Assembly: GCA_965372365.1 (NCBI GenBank)
Contig: CBDVCA010000003.1
Location: 1 to 54,874, forward strand
DNA length: 54,874 nt
Reading direction: 5' to 3'
Source: an uncultured bacterium
GTDB lineage: Bacteria; Planctomycetota; Phycisphaerae; SM23-33; FEN-1343
In this document: positions 1 to 9,086 of the stretch, piece after piece
Position numbering within the stretch: the first letter of the stretch is position 1
Layout: each line of letters starts with the position of its first letter
Position numbers and translations under genes: made by a program
The notes under the pieces: model-generated
Told to the model about the DNA's origin: nothing
The model's database searches: none
Seen by the model: only the letters and a program-made list of their open reading frames with translations

Positions 1-157
1 GGCGAGCTACAAATCTGTCGGCCCTGCGGGCCTCAACGGCAGATTCACTTGAGCGGTCGAATCCAATTCCAAGCACGCTCTTGCATTATGGCCGAACGAA
101 TACCCGCCACCATTTCGGGATGAGAGCCCGATTATTGAAAAGAAACTGTGAACGGTT
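1..157 (+). repeat. Dispersed 157-bp structured repeat, copy 1 (possibly truncated by the window edge)
   Basis: Reverse complement of 39769..39925 aligns to 1..157 with 10 mismatches and no gaps (hand alignment). Head GGCGAGCTACAAATCTGTCGGCCCTGCGGGCCTCAACGGCAG folds as a bulged hairpin. Intergenic. Confidence 0.8.
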
Positions 158-217
158 ACAGCTACGGTAAAGCACTCACTTCTGAGAAAATGTCGAAACC
201 TTACCGGCCGGAATTGG

Positions 218-598
218 TTACAGCATTCTTCCCAGCAGAACGCCGGCGACGAGCATGCTGACGCCGAGGGCGTTCTGGCCGAGAATGTTCCCCAAGGCCG
301 TCAGCCACTGGGCGTCCTGGAGCAATTTTCCGGTTTCGAACTGGAATGTTGAGAACGTAGTGAACGCCCCGAGGAACCCGGTCAGGACGAACAGCCGCAT
401 CTCCGCCGACAGTCCCGCTCTCCCTCCGGCGACGGACCAAATCAGTCCGAACCCAAAGCAGCCTAAGGCGTTAACGACGAGTGTGCCCCAGGGGAATCCT
501 CCGGCGGGGCGCCAGCTTTCCACCATTTGGCTCAGGGTGTAGCGGGCGACGGTCCCGAACGCCCCGGCGAGGGCTACTCCTAGTAGCTTTGTGGTCAT
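218..598 (-). CDS. crcB: Fluoride ion channel CrcB/FluC
   Basis: ORF 218..676(-). Internal ATG at 598 gives a ~126-aa multi-TM protein with CrcB hallmarks (GAFGTVARY, WGTLVVNALGCF, TGFLGAFTTFSTF). The first 26 tracked codons look non-coding. Confidence 0.85.
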   Translation of the reverse strand: MTTKLLGVALAGAFGTVARYTLSQMVESWRPAGGFPWGTLVVNALGCFGFGLIWSVAGGRAGLSAEMRLFVLTGFLGAFTTFSTFQFETGKLLQDAQWLTALGNILGQNALGVSMLVAGVLLGRML

Positions 599-886
599 GA
601 ATAACTCCGCGCCTGCTGCGTTAGGCCAGTATAAGGTGTGTCCGGGTGGCTGGTCCGGGGTTCCGATCAGGTCCACATGGCGACGATGCGTCAGCGTAGG
701 GTACGATTCTAGCGGTCCGGAGGCGTCGAATCAACTCATCCGTCCGTCGCGTCGGCCCGATACTGGAACCATCGGCGCCCGCACCTGGTTGTGTACGTCT
801 GTGGCGTGTGTTTTGGGATTCGCCTCGGAGCTTCAGGTGTGGTACAATAATCGATTGGCCCAGAACGATTCAGTGTATACGAATCC

Positions 887-2161
887 ATGGTGATGCTTAT
901 GGGACAACACGATATCGCCCCCCGGCGCCTGATGATGGCCATGGCCGTCATTCTTCTGACCGGCGCTTCGGCCCGCGCGGACCGTCTGGTGTTGTTCGAT
1001 GGTCGCGAGATTACCGGCCAGATCCTCTCTGAAACCAACATTGTAACGATCCGCACGACCGCCGGTGAGCTTTCGGTTCGTCAGCAGGATATCAGTTCGA
1101 TCGAACGGACGCCTTCGGCCGATGATCGCAGCGCCAGCTTCGGCCTCGGCGCCGACGCCCTGTTCGCCATGTCGGCGTGGGCCTCCCAGCATGGGCTTGC
1201 GGACCTGGCCGGCGAACTGCACAAGCGGGTTCTTGAAATCGACACCGACCACCGAGGCGTTCGAACGGCTCTGGGGCAGGTGCATGTGAACGGGCGGTGG
1301 ATGTCGTTCAAAGAGGCCGTGGCGATTGTCGCAGATCGGATCGCGGCCGGTGAACATGGCCCGATCGCCGATACCTGGCTTGACGGCCTGAAGTTGGCGG
1401 CCGACGCCGGCGAGCAGATTCGCGTTGTCGATCTTCTCGGCGCCCACCTATCGCTTCGTCGCGGACGATTCGGCGAAGCCGGGGCCGGCTTTGCGAAACT
1501 CGCCCGAACGGCCGCCCCCGGCGCCAAGCCTCGTCTGACGGCGATCGCCGCCATTTTAGCCGACCATCCCGACGGTGCGTACGTTCTGACGGTCGAGCGG
1601 GTCGTAAGCGCCTCGCTCGACGGCGCCCGCCGGCGGGTGATTGGGGCCGGTCCGGCGTCTCTGGCCGACCCGGCCGTTCTGGACGCGGCCTTAGAGGACC
1701 TGGCGTGCGAGTTGCTCACCGCCGGGGCCGATGTTCTGGATGAGGCCCGCCGTCTTCGAGTGAATACCCCCGATGATGCCGACGCGTCTTGCCTGAAGGC
1801 GATCGAATGGTTCGACCGGGCCGACGCCTTGGCCGAGGGGATCGCCCGTTTCCACCGCATCGAAGCGGCCCGGGTGCAGGTGGCCGTCATTCGCGACCGA
1901 ACCGAACGGGACGCCGTGGCGTTCGACGCTGAATTGTCGGCCATGGGCGCTCAGGAAGTGACCGCCGCCGAGTATGCCGCGAGGATTGTCCGGATGGTTG
2001 ACTATCTCAACAGTGTTCGGGGCGATCTGGCTGGGGTGCTCCGTCTGGCGGGGGCCTACCCCGACGAACTCGCCCTCGATATCCGGTGGGCTCGAGACGA
2101 TATCGAACGGATCAAGCGTATGCAGGCGACTCTGAAGCAGGAGTTGGATGATTCGCAGTAA
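887..2161 (+). CDS. Secreted protein of unknown function
   Basis: 424-aa ORF. N-terminus ...PRRLMMAMAVILLTGASARA resembles a signal peptide. Overlaps the next ORF by 14 nt (operon). No family recognised. Confidence 0.6.
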   Translation: MVMLMGQHDIAPRRLMMAMAVILLTGASARADRLVLFDGREITGQILSETNIVTIRTTAGELSVRQQDISSIERTPSADDRSASFGLGADALFAMSAWASQHGLADLAGELHKRVLEIDTDHRGVRTALGQVHVNGRWMSFKEAVAIVADRIAAGEHGPIADTWLDGLKLAADAGEQIRVVDLLGAHLSLRRGRFGEAGAGFAKLARTAAPGAKPRLTAIAAILADHPDGAYVLTVERVVSASLDGARRRVIGAGPASLADPAVLDAALEDLACELLTAGADVLDEARRLRVNTPDDADASCLKAIEWFDRADALAEGIARFHRIEAARVQVAVIRDRTERDAVAFDAELSAMGAQEVTAAEYAARIVRMVDYLNSVRGDLAGVLRLAGAYPDELALDIRWARDDIERIKRMQATLKQELDDSQ

Positions 2162-3170
2162 AGCGACAGTTGCAGCCGCCGCGACCGCCGCGGTGATCGT
2201 CGGAATTCTCACGGTCGCGATGGCCGCTTCGGAGGGCGAATCGGCCCTCCAGCCGACCGTGTCGGCGAATCCCCTACCCCCACCCGCACCGGCGACGCCG
2301 TCGTCGGCGCCCACCCGTCCGAGTTCGAACCTGAGCCGTTCCGACCTGGCGGCTTTGGCTGAGGTGCAGGCCGCGACCTTCCCGTATTCGGGGGGGGCTA
2401 TCGAGCTTCACAGCCGCAACGAACGTCTCAGTCGGTTGCTGGGCGCTCAGGCCGAGCGGGATTTTCGACGTATTACTCGGGCCATCATGGGCCGGGCGGC
2501 ATATCCCTACAAGATCAAGATCGACGCAACACCTGGTAATGAAAAAGGTTCGGGCGTTCCATCGGGCCATGGGGGTGGATCGGGTCAGTACCGGCTGAGC
2601 GTCGGCGCCGACGGTGTGTCTCGCCGGACGATTCGCCTTATCCCGTACGACAGCCGCGGCCGGTTCGATAAGGCTGTGATCGATCGCGTGTTGCCGCATG
2701 AGTTGTGCCACGTTGTGCTTACCGACTGGTTCGGCGACAGGCAGTGCCCGCTGTTCCTCCAGGAGGGCCTCGCGATGCTCACCGAGCATGGTCCGCACGA
2801 CTCCTACGTATTGCTCGCCGGAGCCGCGGCGGTGGATGGCGCCATCGATCTGGCGACACTGACGGCCGCGACGACGTATCCGGCCGGCCGAGAGGATCTG
2901 TTCTACGCCCAGAGCTACAGCCTTGTCGCTTACCTGCACCGTACGCTTGGCGACGGTCGGTTCCGGGCTTTCCTCGGATTCATGAAGTCGGGGGCGACCT
3001 TGGTCGATGCGGTCAGCCGCGCCGCGGGCGACGATCATAAGCCGTGTACGCAGAATGACGTGGAGTCCTCCTGGCGACGCGACGCCATCGCTCAGGCCAT
3101 GGTGCTTCGTGCGCTGACCGATTCGGTGAAGGAGTCGGATCCGCCCCCACTGTCCAAGCCCCATCGTTGA
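2148..3170 (+). CDS. Membrane-anchored zinc metallopeptidase, peptidase-MA-like (HExxH)
   Basis: 340-aa ORF. N-terminal hydrophobic anchor AAAATAAVIVGILTVAMAA. VLPHELCHVVLTDWF followed by LQEGLAMLTE gives HExxH plus a downstream Glu, as in gluzincin/MA-clan peptidases. Confidence 0.7.
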   Translation: MIRSKATVAAAATAAVIVGILTVAMAASEGESALQPTVSANPLPPPAPATPSSAPTRPSSNLSRSDLAALAEVQAATFPYSGGAIELHSRNERLSRLLGAQAERDFRRITRAIMGRAAYPYKIKIDATPGNEKGSGVPSGHGGGSGQYRLSVGADGVSRRTIRLIPYDSRGRFDKAVIDRVLPHELCHVVLTDWFGDRQCPLFLQEGLAMLTEHGPHDSYVLLAGAAAVDGAIDLATLTAATTYPAGREDLFYAQSYSLVAYLHRTLGDGRFRAFLGFMKSGATLVDAVSRAAGDDHKPCTQNDVESSWRRDAIAQAMVLRALTDSVKESDPPPLSKPHR

Positions 3171-3178
3171 GGAAGAAC

Positions 3179-3787
3179 ATGGATGTCTATGTGAACAACG
3201 CCCCGTTTGCGGGCGACCGCGCCACGGAGGGGACCCTTGGTCAACTGATCGAGCAACTCACCGCAGAGGATTCCGACCGGCTTATCGTTGAACTGCGCCT
3301 GAACGATCAGGTCATCGGTGACGATCGCCTTCAAGAGGTTCTGGCCCTTCCGCTGGCCGATACCGGCCGCGTGGATCTGGAGATCGACTCGGCTCGCTCC
3401 CTTTCGGCCCAGGCGCTGGGGCACGCGGCCAACATGCTGGAGGCCAACCGCGCCCACTACGTCACGATCGCCGAGCAGATTGCCATGGGTAACTCATCGG
3501 CAGCCATGGAGTTACTCAACGAGTGTTTCACCGTCTGGAATACGGCCGAGCAGTCACTCGCCCGGGCGTCGCAGGCGATCGGGCTGGATCTCAACGCGGC
3601 CGTCGGCGAGGCCCCACCGCCGGCGGAGATGATCGAAGCTCTTCGCGTGCAGCTGGATGAAATTCGCAAGAGTCTTGAAGCTCGCGATTTCGTCGCCATT
3701 GCCGATCAGGTGGAATACGACATGGCCGACGTCACCGACGGTTGGCAGCGTACACTGGTCAGTGTCCAGCAGTCGCTGCTGCGATAA
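3179..3787 (+). CDS. Acidic cytoplasmic protein of unknown function
   Basis: ORF 3167..3787. ATG at 3179 is preceded by GAGGAAG. The upstream stop (3168-3170) abuts it. No recognisable domain. Confidence 0.55.
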   Translation: MDVYVNNAPFAGDRATEGTLGQLIEQLTAEDSDRLIVELRLNDQVIGDDRLQEVLALPLADTGRVDLEIDSARSLSAQALGHAANMLEANRAHYVTIAEQIAMGNSSAAMELLNECFTVWNTAEQSLARASQAIGLDLNAAVGEAPPPAEMIEALRVQLDEIRKSLEARDFVAIADQVEYDMADVTDGWQRTLVSVQQSLLR

Positions 3788-3877
3788 CCCGCTCCGGCGG
3801 CGAGGTGGGCCGGCGGCCGACGAATCGGCCCCCGGGGCCGCAAGCTGTCGGATTCAAGTCGGTTGCCCTCCCACGCC

Positions 3878-3906
3878 GCGGCCGCCAATCGGCCGCAGGT
3901 CTTTTT
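3878..3906 (+). terminator. Probable intrinsic terminator of the 887-3787 operon
   Basis: GCGGCC (3878-3883) / GGCCGC (3891-3896) stem with 7-nt loop, followed by AGGTCTTTTT. Confidence 0.5.
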
Positions 3907-3924
3907 CACCGTGTCGAAAATAAG

Positions 3925-3952
3925 TTGACACCCCTTCCCTCACACCTATAAT
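3925..3952 (+). promoter_or_regulatory. Near-consensus sigma-70-type promoter
   Basis: TTGACA (3925-3930), 16-nt spacer, TATAAT (3947-3952). Predicted start near 3959. Confidence 0.7.
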
Positions 3953-3958
3953 CGGCGG

Positions 3959-4314
3959 GTTAAGCGATCGGCATCGCGAGCGGATGCGTTGTATTCGCCC
4001 GGTGTGGGTGCGCGGTTATTGTATCTTGTCGGCTCGGTCTGTAGAGGCCTTTGATCCGACGGGATGGGTATGTGACGTGACACTATTTCGAACCAGGAGA
4101 GACTGGTGTGAACCTCGGTCTCGATAGAGCGTAAACCAGTGCGGAGGCCAATCGCCATTTCGTCTGGTTTGGGTTCCACGGCAGCGGGCGGCGTATGCCC
4201 GCGTGGGATGAGTTGGAAGCCACGGGCTGGAGGGAGGCCTATGGAAGCCTGACGGCTATCTGTCAACTCGTCTTGCCTGGTTGGAGAAAGTGGGCCGTTT
4301 GTCCCGCTTTTTTT
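3959..4314 (+). ncRNA. Candidate ~356-nt structured non-coding RNA or long attenuator leader of nusA-infB
   Basis: Bounded by the consensus promoter and a stem+T7 terminator. No + strand ORF of 60 aa or more. Visibly lower GC than its flanks. Local hairpins at 3971-3987, 4133-4170 and 4184-4202. No RNase P/tmRNA/SRP/6S signature recognised. Confidence 0.5.
4287..4314 (+). terminator. Intrinsic terminator 37 nt upstream of the nusA start
   Basis: AAAGTGGG (4287-4294) pairs with CCCGCTTT (4303-4310) around an 8-nt loop. T-run at 4308-4314. Confidence 0.65.
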
Positions 4315-4351
4315 ATTGAAGTCTTGCGTATATAAAAACTTGGATCCAAGC

Positions 4352-5839
4352 ATGAATCAGGAACTCCTTCGCATCATCGATGGTATCGCTCGTGACCGCA
4401 GCATTGACCGGGAGGTCGTGTTTGTGGACCTCGAGGCGGCCATGCTCTCGGCGGTCCGCAAGGCCTACGGGCAGGCTGAGGATACGACGGTGATGATTGA
4501 TCGGGAGACCGGCCAGATCAGCGCGACCGTCGACGGCGAGCCCCTCTCGATGACGCAACTGAGCCGGATTGCCGCCCAGACGGCCAAGCAGGTGATGATT
4601 CAGAAGCTTCGTGAGGCCGAACGGGGAAGCATCCAAGACGAATATCTCGAACGTCGTGGGCAAATTGTCACCGGTCGCACCATTCGATGGGAAGGCGGCG
4701 GAATGCTCGTCGACCTCGGCCGGGCCGAGGGGATTTTGCCCAAAAGCGAGCAGATTCCCGGCGAAAGCCACCTGCCCGACGAGCGGATCCGGGCGTTGGT
4801 GCTCGACGTTCGCGAACACGGAAGCCAGGTGAGGATCGTCCTCTCGCGAACACATCCGGATTTCATCCGGCGGCTGTTCGAACTGGAAGTGCCGGAAGTG
4901 GCCGAGAAAATCATCGAGATCAAGGCTCTCGCTCGAGAGGCCGGGTATCGCACCAAGGTGGCCGTCAACAGCCTCGACGCCAAAGTCGACCCCGTCGGCG
5001 CCTGCGTCGGTGTTCGCGGCAGCCGGATCAAAAATATTGTCGACGAAGTGGCTGGCGAGAAGATCGACATCGTGCGTTGGCACGAGTCGTCGCAGGTGCT
5101 GATCGGCTACGCACTGAAACCGGCCGAGGTGGCCGATATCGCCCTGTGCTTTGAACTGGGGCGTGCGACGGTGGTGGCCAATGAGGATCAACTGTCCTTG
5201 GCGATCGGTAAGCGGGGACAGAATGTGCGATTGGCCGCGAGGCTCACGTCGTGGGATGTTGATATCCTTACGCCGACGGAGTTTAACGCCGGGCTAGACG
5301 CGTTGGAACGCGCCTTGGCCGACCTGAAGGGCGTCGATCCGCAGTTGCTCGATAAGATTGTCGCCATGGGTATGGTGAATGTGGCCGACGTCGAAGAAGT
5401 CGGCCCCGACCCGCTGGTCAGCGAACTGGAGATCGACCGGTTGCTGGCCCAGCAAGTGGTGGGACGATGCGCCCAAGAGGCCAAGCGTATGGCCGCCGAG
5501 CAGGCCAAGGCCAAGGCGGCCGCCAAGCAGGCCGCCAAGCAGGGCGACAAGAAAACGCAAGAAGAGTCGGCTGAAGCGAAGGACGATACCTCTACCGAAG
5601 AGGCGGACGCCGTCGTGGCGGCAGAAGACGAATCCAGCGGCCCGGTTGCCGCTGACGCGGAGGCGACGGAAGACACTCCCGCCGCCGACGTGGAGGCGAC
5701 GGAAGACACTCCCGCCGCCGACGTGGAGGCGACGGAAGACATTCCCGCCGCCGACGTGGAGGCGACCGAAGACACTCCGGCCGCCGCCGCGGAGGCGACG
5801 GATGATGACGCCGCTGCTGATGATGGCTCGCAGGCGTAG
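4352..5839 (+). CDS. nusA: Transcription termination/antitermination factor NusA with acidic repeat tail
   Basis: ORF 4316..5839. ATG at 4352 gives MNQELLRIIDGIARDRSIDREVVFVDLEAAM (NusA N-terminal domain), then S1/KH-like regions (VTGRTIRWEGGGMLVDLG, KVDPVGACVGVRGSRIKNIVDEVAGEKIDIV). Confidence 0.93.
   Translation: MNQELLRIIDGIARDRSIDREVVFVDLEAAMLSAVRKAYGQAEDTTVMIDRETGQISATVDGEPLSMTQLSRIAAQTAKQVMIQKLREAERGSIQDEYLERRGQIVTGRTIRWEGGGMLVDLGRAEGILPKSEQIPGESHLPDERIRALVLDVREHGSQVRIVLSRTHPDFIRRLFELEVPEVAEKIIEIKALAREAGYRTKVAVNSLDAKVDPVGACVGVRGSRIKNIVDEVAGEKIDIVRWHESSQVLIGYALKPAEVADIALCFELGRATVVANEDQLSLAIGKRGQNVRLAARLTSWDVDILTPTEFNAGLDALERALADLKGVDPQLLDKIVAMGMVNVADVEEVGPDPLVSELEIDRLLAQQVVGRCAQEAKRMAAEQAKAKAAAKQAAKQGDKKTQEESAEAKDDTSTEEADAVVAAEDESSGPVAADAEATEDTPAADVEATEDTPAADVEATEDIPAADVEATEDTPAAAAEATDDDAAADDGSQA
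5648..5800 (+). repeat. In-frame 33-nt tandem repeat (about 4.5 units) in the NusA C-terminal tail
   Basis: Unit GCCGCCGACGTGGAGGCGACGGAAGACACTCCC encodes AADVEATEDTP, repeated nearly identically. Confidence 0.85.
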
Positions 5840-5888
5840 GCCGGTCGAGCCCAGTGAGTGCAAGATGGAATAGAGCAGGAGAAGGTTC

Positions 5889-8756
5889 TTGGCGAAGCGC
5901 GTCTTTCAACTGGCGAAGGAACTCAATGTAACCAGCAAGCAAGTGCTGGTCAAATGCCGCGCTGAGGGTCTGGACCTTAAGAATCATATGGCCGCGTTGT
6001 CGGCCGGTCTTGAAGCGACGATTCGTGAGTGGTTCACCGAAGCCGAGTCGGCTACGCATTCGGCTGTTGAGACCGCCGACGCCGTCGACCTCGAAGCGGC
6101 TCATCGCAAAGCGGCCGCGGCGCGTCGCCGTCGCAAGAAGGCCGAGCCGGAGCTCGAAGCGGCCGCCGAAGGTGAAGCGCCCGCCGAGGGTGAAGCGCCC
6201 GCCGAGGGTGAAGCGCCCGCTGAAGGTGAAGCGCCCGCTGAAGGTGAAGCCGCCGAAGGTGGAGCCGCCGAAGGTGAGGCCGGCGAGCCGGTCACCGCTG
6301 AGCCGACCGCTGAGGGCGCGCCGGCCGTCGAGGCCGAACCGGTCGCCGAGGGCGAGCCCGTCGCCGAGGTTGCCGAGGCCGCGGCGGTTGCCGAATCGCC
6401 CGAACTGGCCGAGCCGGAGGCCGGGCCTCCCCAAGACGCCGAACCCGAGCCGGTCGCTCCGGTCGCTGAGACCGCTGAGACCGCCGAACCTGAAGTCGCC
6501 GAGCCCGAGGCGGCCGAGCCGACCCCCGAGGCCAAAGCGCCCCCGGCGGTGATCGGCCCGGCCGGTCCGCAACTGGTGCCCAAGCCGGCGAAGTTGCAGG
6601 GTCCGCGCGTTATCCGTGTGGAGAGGCCGGACATACTCCCGACGCCCCGTCGTCGCCAGCGCCCCGAAGGCGGGCCCCCGCCGGGATCCCGTGGCGGGCA
6701 GGGCGCGACCAGCACCCCCGACACCGGCGGCGAAGCTGGGCGTTCCGGCGTACGTCGTCGCGGCCAAGGCCGCGCCGGAGCCGGCGAGGATCGCACGAAG
6801 GGCGCCGCCGCGGCCAAGCATCGCAATAGTCCCCGCCGTCGCGGCGGCCGGACGAACGAGACAGGCGAAGGCCTGCGAGAATGGCGCGATCGCGACTTGA
6901 CCGAACGTCGCGAGCGGCTTGCCGCCGCCACCGGCGGCGGTCTGCGACGCCATCGGGCGAGCGTCCGTCGCCCCGGCGAACCCGCAGGCAGCGCAGGTCC
7001 GGCCGAAGTCGAAGAGCCGATCACCTTGAAGAGCCTTTCGGCGGCGATGGGCGTTAAGAGCGCCGACATGATCAAGAAGCTGATGATGGGTCAGGGCTTG
7101 TTCGTGACGGTGACCCAGACGATTACGGCCGAGACCGCCGCGATGCTGGCCACCGAGTACGGCATCGAATTGACGATCAAGCGGCACAAGTCGCACCTGG
7201 AGAAGTTGGACGAACGCATGAGCAAGCGGGAAACCGGCGATCAGGCGCCGCGTCCGCCGGTGGTGACGTTCCTCGGCCACGTCGACCACGGCAAGACCAG
7301 TCTGCTGGACAGCATCCGCAAAGCCAGCGTCGTCGACACCGAGAGCGGGGGTATTACCCAGCACATCGGTTCGTACCGGTACGAGAAGGGCGACCGGATC
7401 GTTACGTTCCTGGATACGCCGGGCCACGAAGCGTTCACGCAGATGCGTGCTCGCGGCGCCAACATGACCGACGTGGTCGTATTGGTGGTGGCCGCCGATG
7501 ACGGCGTGATGCCCCAGACCATCGAGGCGATCAACCACGCCAAGGCGGCCGAAGTGCCGATCGTCGTGGCGTTGAACAAGATCGACGTGCCTAACGCCAA
7601 TATCAATCGCGTGATGGGCCAACTGGCCGAACGCGGCTTGCAGCCTCGCGAGTGGGGCGGAGAGACCGAAGTAGTGCAGACCAGCGCCGAGACCGGCGAG
7701 GGTGTGGATGATCTCGTTGAACTGCTCGCGCTCGAAGCTGAAATGCTCGAACTGAAGGCCGACCCGAACGCCCTCGCTCGCGGCAGCGTGATTGAGGCGG
7801 AGATGGATCCCGGCCGAGGCGTGGTGGCGCGCGTTCTGGTGCAGGAAGGTCAACTGAAGGTCGGCGACGTGTTGCTGGCCGGCGCCGGCTACGGTCGCGT
7901 CAGGCAGATGCTCAACGATCGCGGGCAAGCCGTCCAGACCGCCGGACCGGCGACCCCGGTGGAGGTCTCGGGGCTGGACGAAGTGCCCACCGCCGGTGAC
8001 AAGTTCTACGTTGTCAACGACATCAGCGAAGCCAAGGACATCGCCATAGAGGTGCGATCCGAGCAGCGTGAAATGAAATTGGCGACCAAGCAGCAGATCA
8101 CACTGGACAATCTGTTCGACCAGATCTCCGCCGGCGACGTGTCGGAACTGCCGCTGATTATCAAGGCCGACGTGCAAGGCTCGGTGGAAGTGCTGTGCGA
8201 CAGCCTTAACAAGCTGTCGACCGACGAGGTTCGGGTGAAGATTCTTCACGCCGCCGTCGGCGGCATCGCCAGCAGCGACGTGCTGTTGGCCGAGGCCTCC
8301 GGCGCCATCATTCTGGGCTTCCACGTGGTCTCCGACGCCAGTACGCGTGAGCAGGCCGACCGGCTGGGCGTGGATGTCCGGCTGTATCGCGTTATTTACG
8401 AGTTGATCGACGAAGTCACGCTGGCCATGCAGGGAATGCTGGCTCCGGTTATTTCCGAGGAGGTGCTCGGGCACGCCGAAGTGCGAGACGTGTTCAAGGT
8501 GACTCGCGTGGGCGCTATCGCCGGCTGCTATGTCACTGACGGCACGATTCTTCGCAACGCCAAGATCCGGGTGACCCGGGGCGGAATCGTTGTCGAAGAC
8601 GAGCGAGTGTTGGAATCGCTGAAACGATTCAAAGACGACGCTCGCGAAGTTCGTGGCGGCATGGAATGCGGCATGAAAATCTCCGGCTATGACGACATCA
8701 AAGTCGGCGACGTTCTCGAAGCGTACCGTACCGTCGAAACGGCCAGGAAACTTTAG
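5889..8756 (+). CDS. infB: Translation initiation factor IF-2 (TTG start)
   Basis: 955-aa ORF. N-terminal IF2_N-like [20 protein letters not shown]. GTPase motifs [32 protein letters not shown] lies upstream of the TTG. Confidence 0.95.
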   Translation: MAKRVFQLAKELNVTSKQVLVKCRAEGLDLKNHMAALSAGLEATIREWFTEAESATHSAVETADAVDLEAAHRKAAAARRRRKKAEPELEAAAEGEAPAEGEAPAEGEAPAEGEAPAEGEAAEGGAAEGEAGEPVTAEPTAEGAPAVEAEPVAEGEPVAEVAEAAAVAESPELAEPEAGPPQDAEPEPVAPVAETAETAEPEVAEPEAAEPTPEAKAPPAVIGPAGPQLVPKPAKLQGPRVIRVERPDILPTPRRRQRPEGGPPPGSRGGQGATSTPDTGGEAGRSGVRRRGQGRAGAGEDRTKGAAAAKHRNSPRRRGGRTNETGEGLREWRDRDLTERRERLAAATGGGLRRHRASVRRPGEPAGSAGPAEVEEPITLKSLSAAMGVKSADMIKKLMMGQGLFVTVTQTITAETAAMLATEYGIELTIKRHKSHLEKLDERMSKRETGDQAPRPPVVTFLGHVDHGKTSLLDSIRKASVVDTESGGITQHIGSYRYEKGDRIVTFLDTPGHEAFTQMRARGANMTDVVVLVVAADDGVMPQTIEAINHAKAAEVPIVVALNKIDVPNANINRVMGQLAERGLQPREWGGETEVVQTSAETGEGVDDLVELLALEAEMLELKADPNALARGSVIEAEMDPGRGVVARVLVQEGQLKVGDVLLAGAGYGRVRQMLNDRGQAVQTAGPATPVEVSGLDEVPTAGDKFYVVNDISEAKDIAIEVRSEQREMKLATKQQITLDNLFDQISAGDVSELPLIIKADVQGSVEVLCDSLNKLSTDEVRVKILHAAVGGIASSDVLLAEASGAIILGFHVVSDASTREQADRLGVDVRLYRVIYELIDEVTLAMQGMLAPVISEEVLGHAEVRDVFKVTRVGAIAGCYVTDGTILRNAKIRVTRGGIVVEDERVLESLKRFKDDAREVRGGMECGMKISGYDDIKVGDVLEAYRTVETARKL
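6162..6287 (+). repeat. In-frame 18-nt tandem repeat (AEGEAP units) in the IF-2 N-terminal region
   Basis: GCCGAGGGTGAAGCGCCC and close variants are repeated, giving [42 protein letters not shown]. Confidence 0.85.
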
Positions 8757-8771
8757 CGGAGCATCGACGCC

Positions 8772-9059
8772 ATGGCGGCCTCGCTTGGAGTGCTGCATCT
8801 GGAGGTTATGGTCTTAGACGCCATGACGCTCAAGGACAAGCGCAGCGTTATCAAGGGCTTCAAGGACCGAACGCGGTCGCGGTACAACGTGTCGGTCGCC
8901 GAGGTTGGAGCCCAAGACTCGATCCGCCGGTCGGAACTGGCCGTTGCGATGATCGGCTCGGATCGTCGATATGTGGAAGGGGCGATGCAGAAGGTGGCCA
9001 ACGACGCCGAGCGAAACCGGGGGATGTATGTGGTCTCCAGCGAGATTGAACTGCTCTAA
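8772..9059 (+). CDS. DUF503 (YlxP-like) protein
   Basis: 95-aa ORF between infB and rbfA. Sequence LHLEVMVLDAMTLKDKRSVIKGFKDRTRSRYNVSVAEVG and its position are typical of DUF503. Confidence 0.8.
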   Translation: MAASLGVLHLEVMVLDAMTLKDKRSVIKGFKDRTRSRYNVSVAEVGAQDSIRRSELAVAMIGSDRRYVEGAMQKVANDAERNRGMYVVSSEIELL

Positions 9060-9086
9060 CAGGTCGGATGGGAAGAGATTTAGACG

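Noticed and set aside
599-890. A fluoride riboswitch (crcB motif), expected upstream of crcB.
   Set aside because: Reading the minus strand upstream of the ATG at 598, I could not find the conserved GGNGAUG...CUGAUGAUGCCU-type core. Without a covariance-model scan I will not call it. cmscan with RF01734 would settle this.
3959-4314. Identifying the 356-nt unit as RNase P RNA, tmRNA, SRP RNA or 6S RNA.
   Set aside because: It lacks GGAAAGUCCGGGC/ACAGAACCCGGCUUA (RNase P), the GGGG...tRNA-like 3' end with GGUUCGA.UCC...CCA (tmRNA) and the GGAAGCAGCC domain IV (SRP). Its length is wrong for 6S. This is only a by-eye check.
3946-4353. 135-aa minus-strand ORF covering the whole candidate ncRNA region, and a 47-codon plus-strand frame starting at the ATG at 3984.
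   Set aside because: There is no start context or motif, and composition and codon endings are atypical for this genome. The region is bracketed by a plus-strand promoter and terminator. The minus ORF would run antisense into the nusA start.
5592-8798. 1068-aa ORF on the minus strand spanning all of infB. Similar long antisense ORFs are 42999..44876 opposite aspS, 46425..48146 opposite pyk, 53534..54847 opposite GH57, 33958..35904 opposite pabB, and 16563..18581 and 16589..17620 within the Wzy_C gene.
   Set aside because: These are typical stop-codon-poor shadow frames of a high-GC genome. Their products are Arg/Gly/Pro-rich low-complexity strings with no motifs, while the opposite strand encodes unmistakable conserved proteins.
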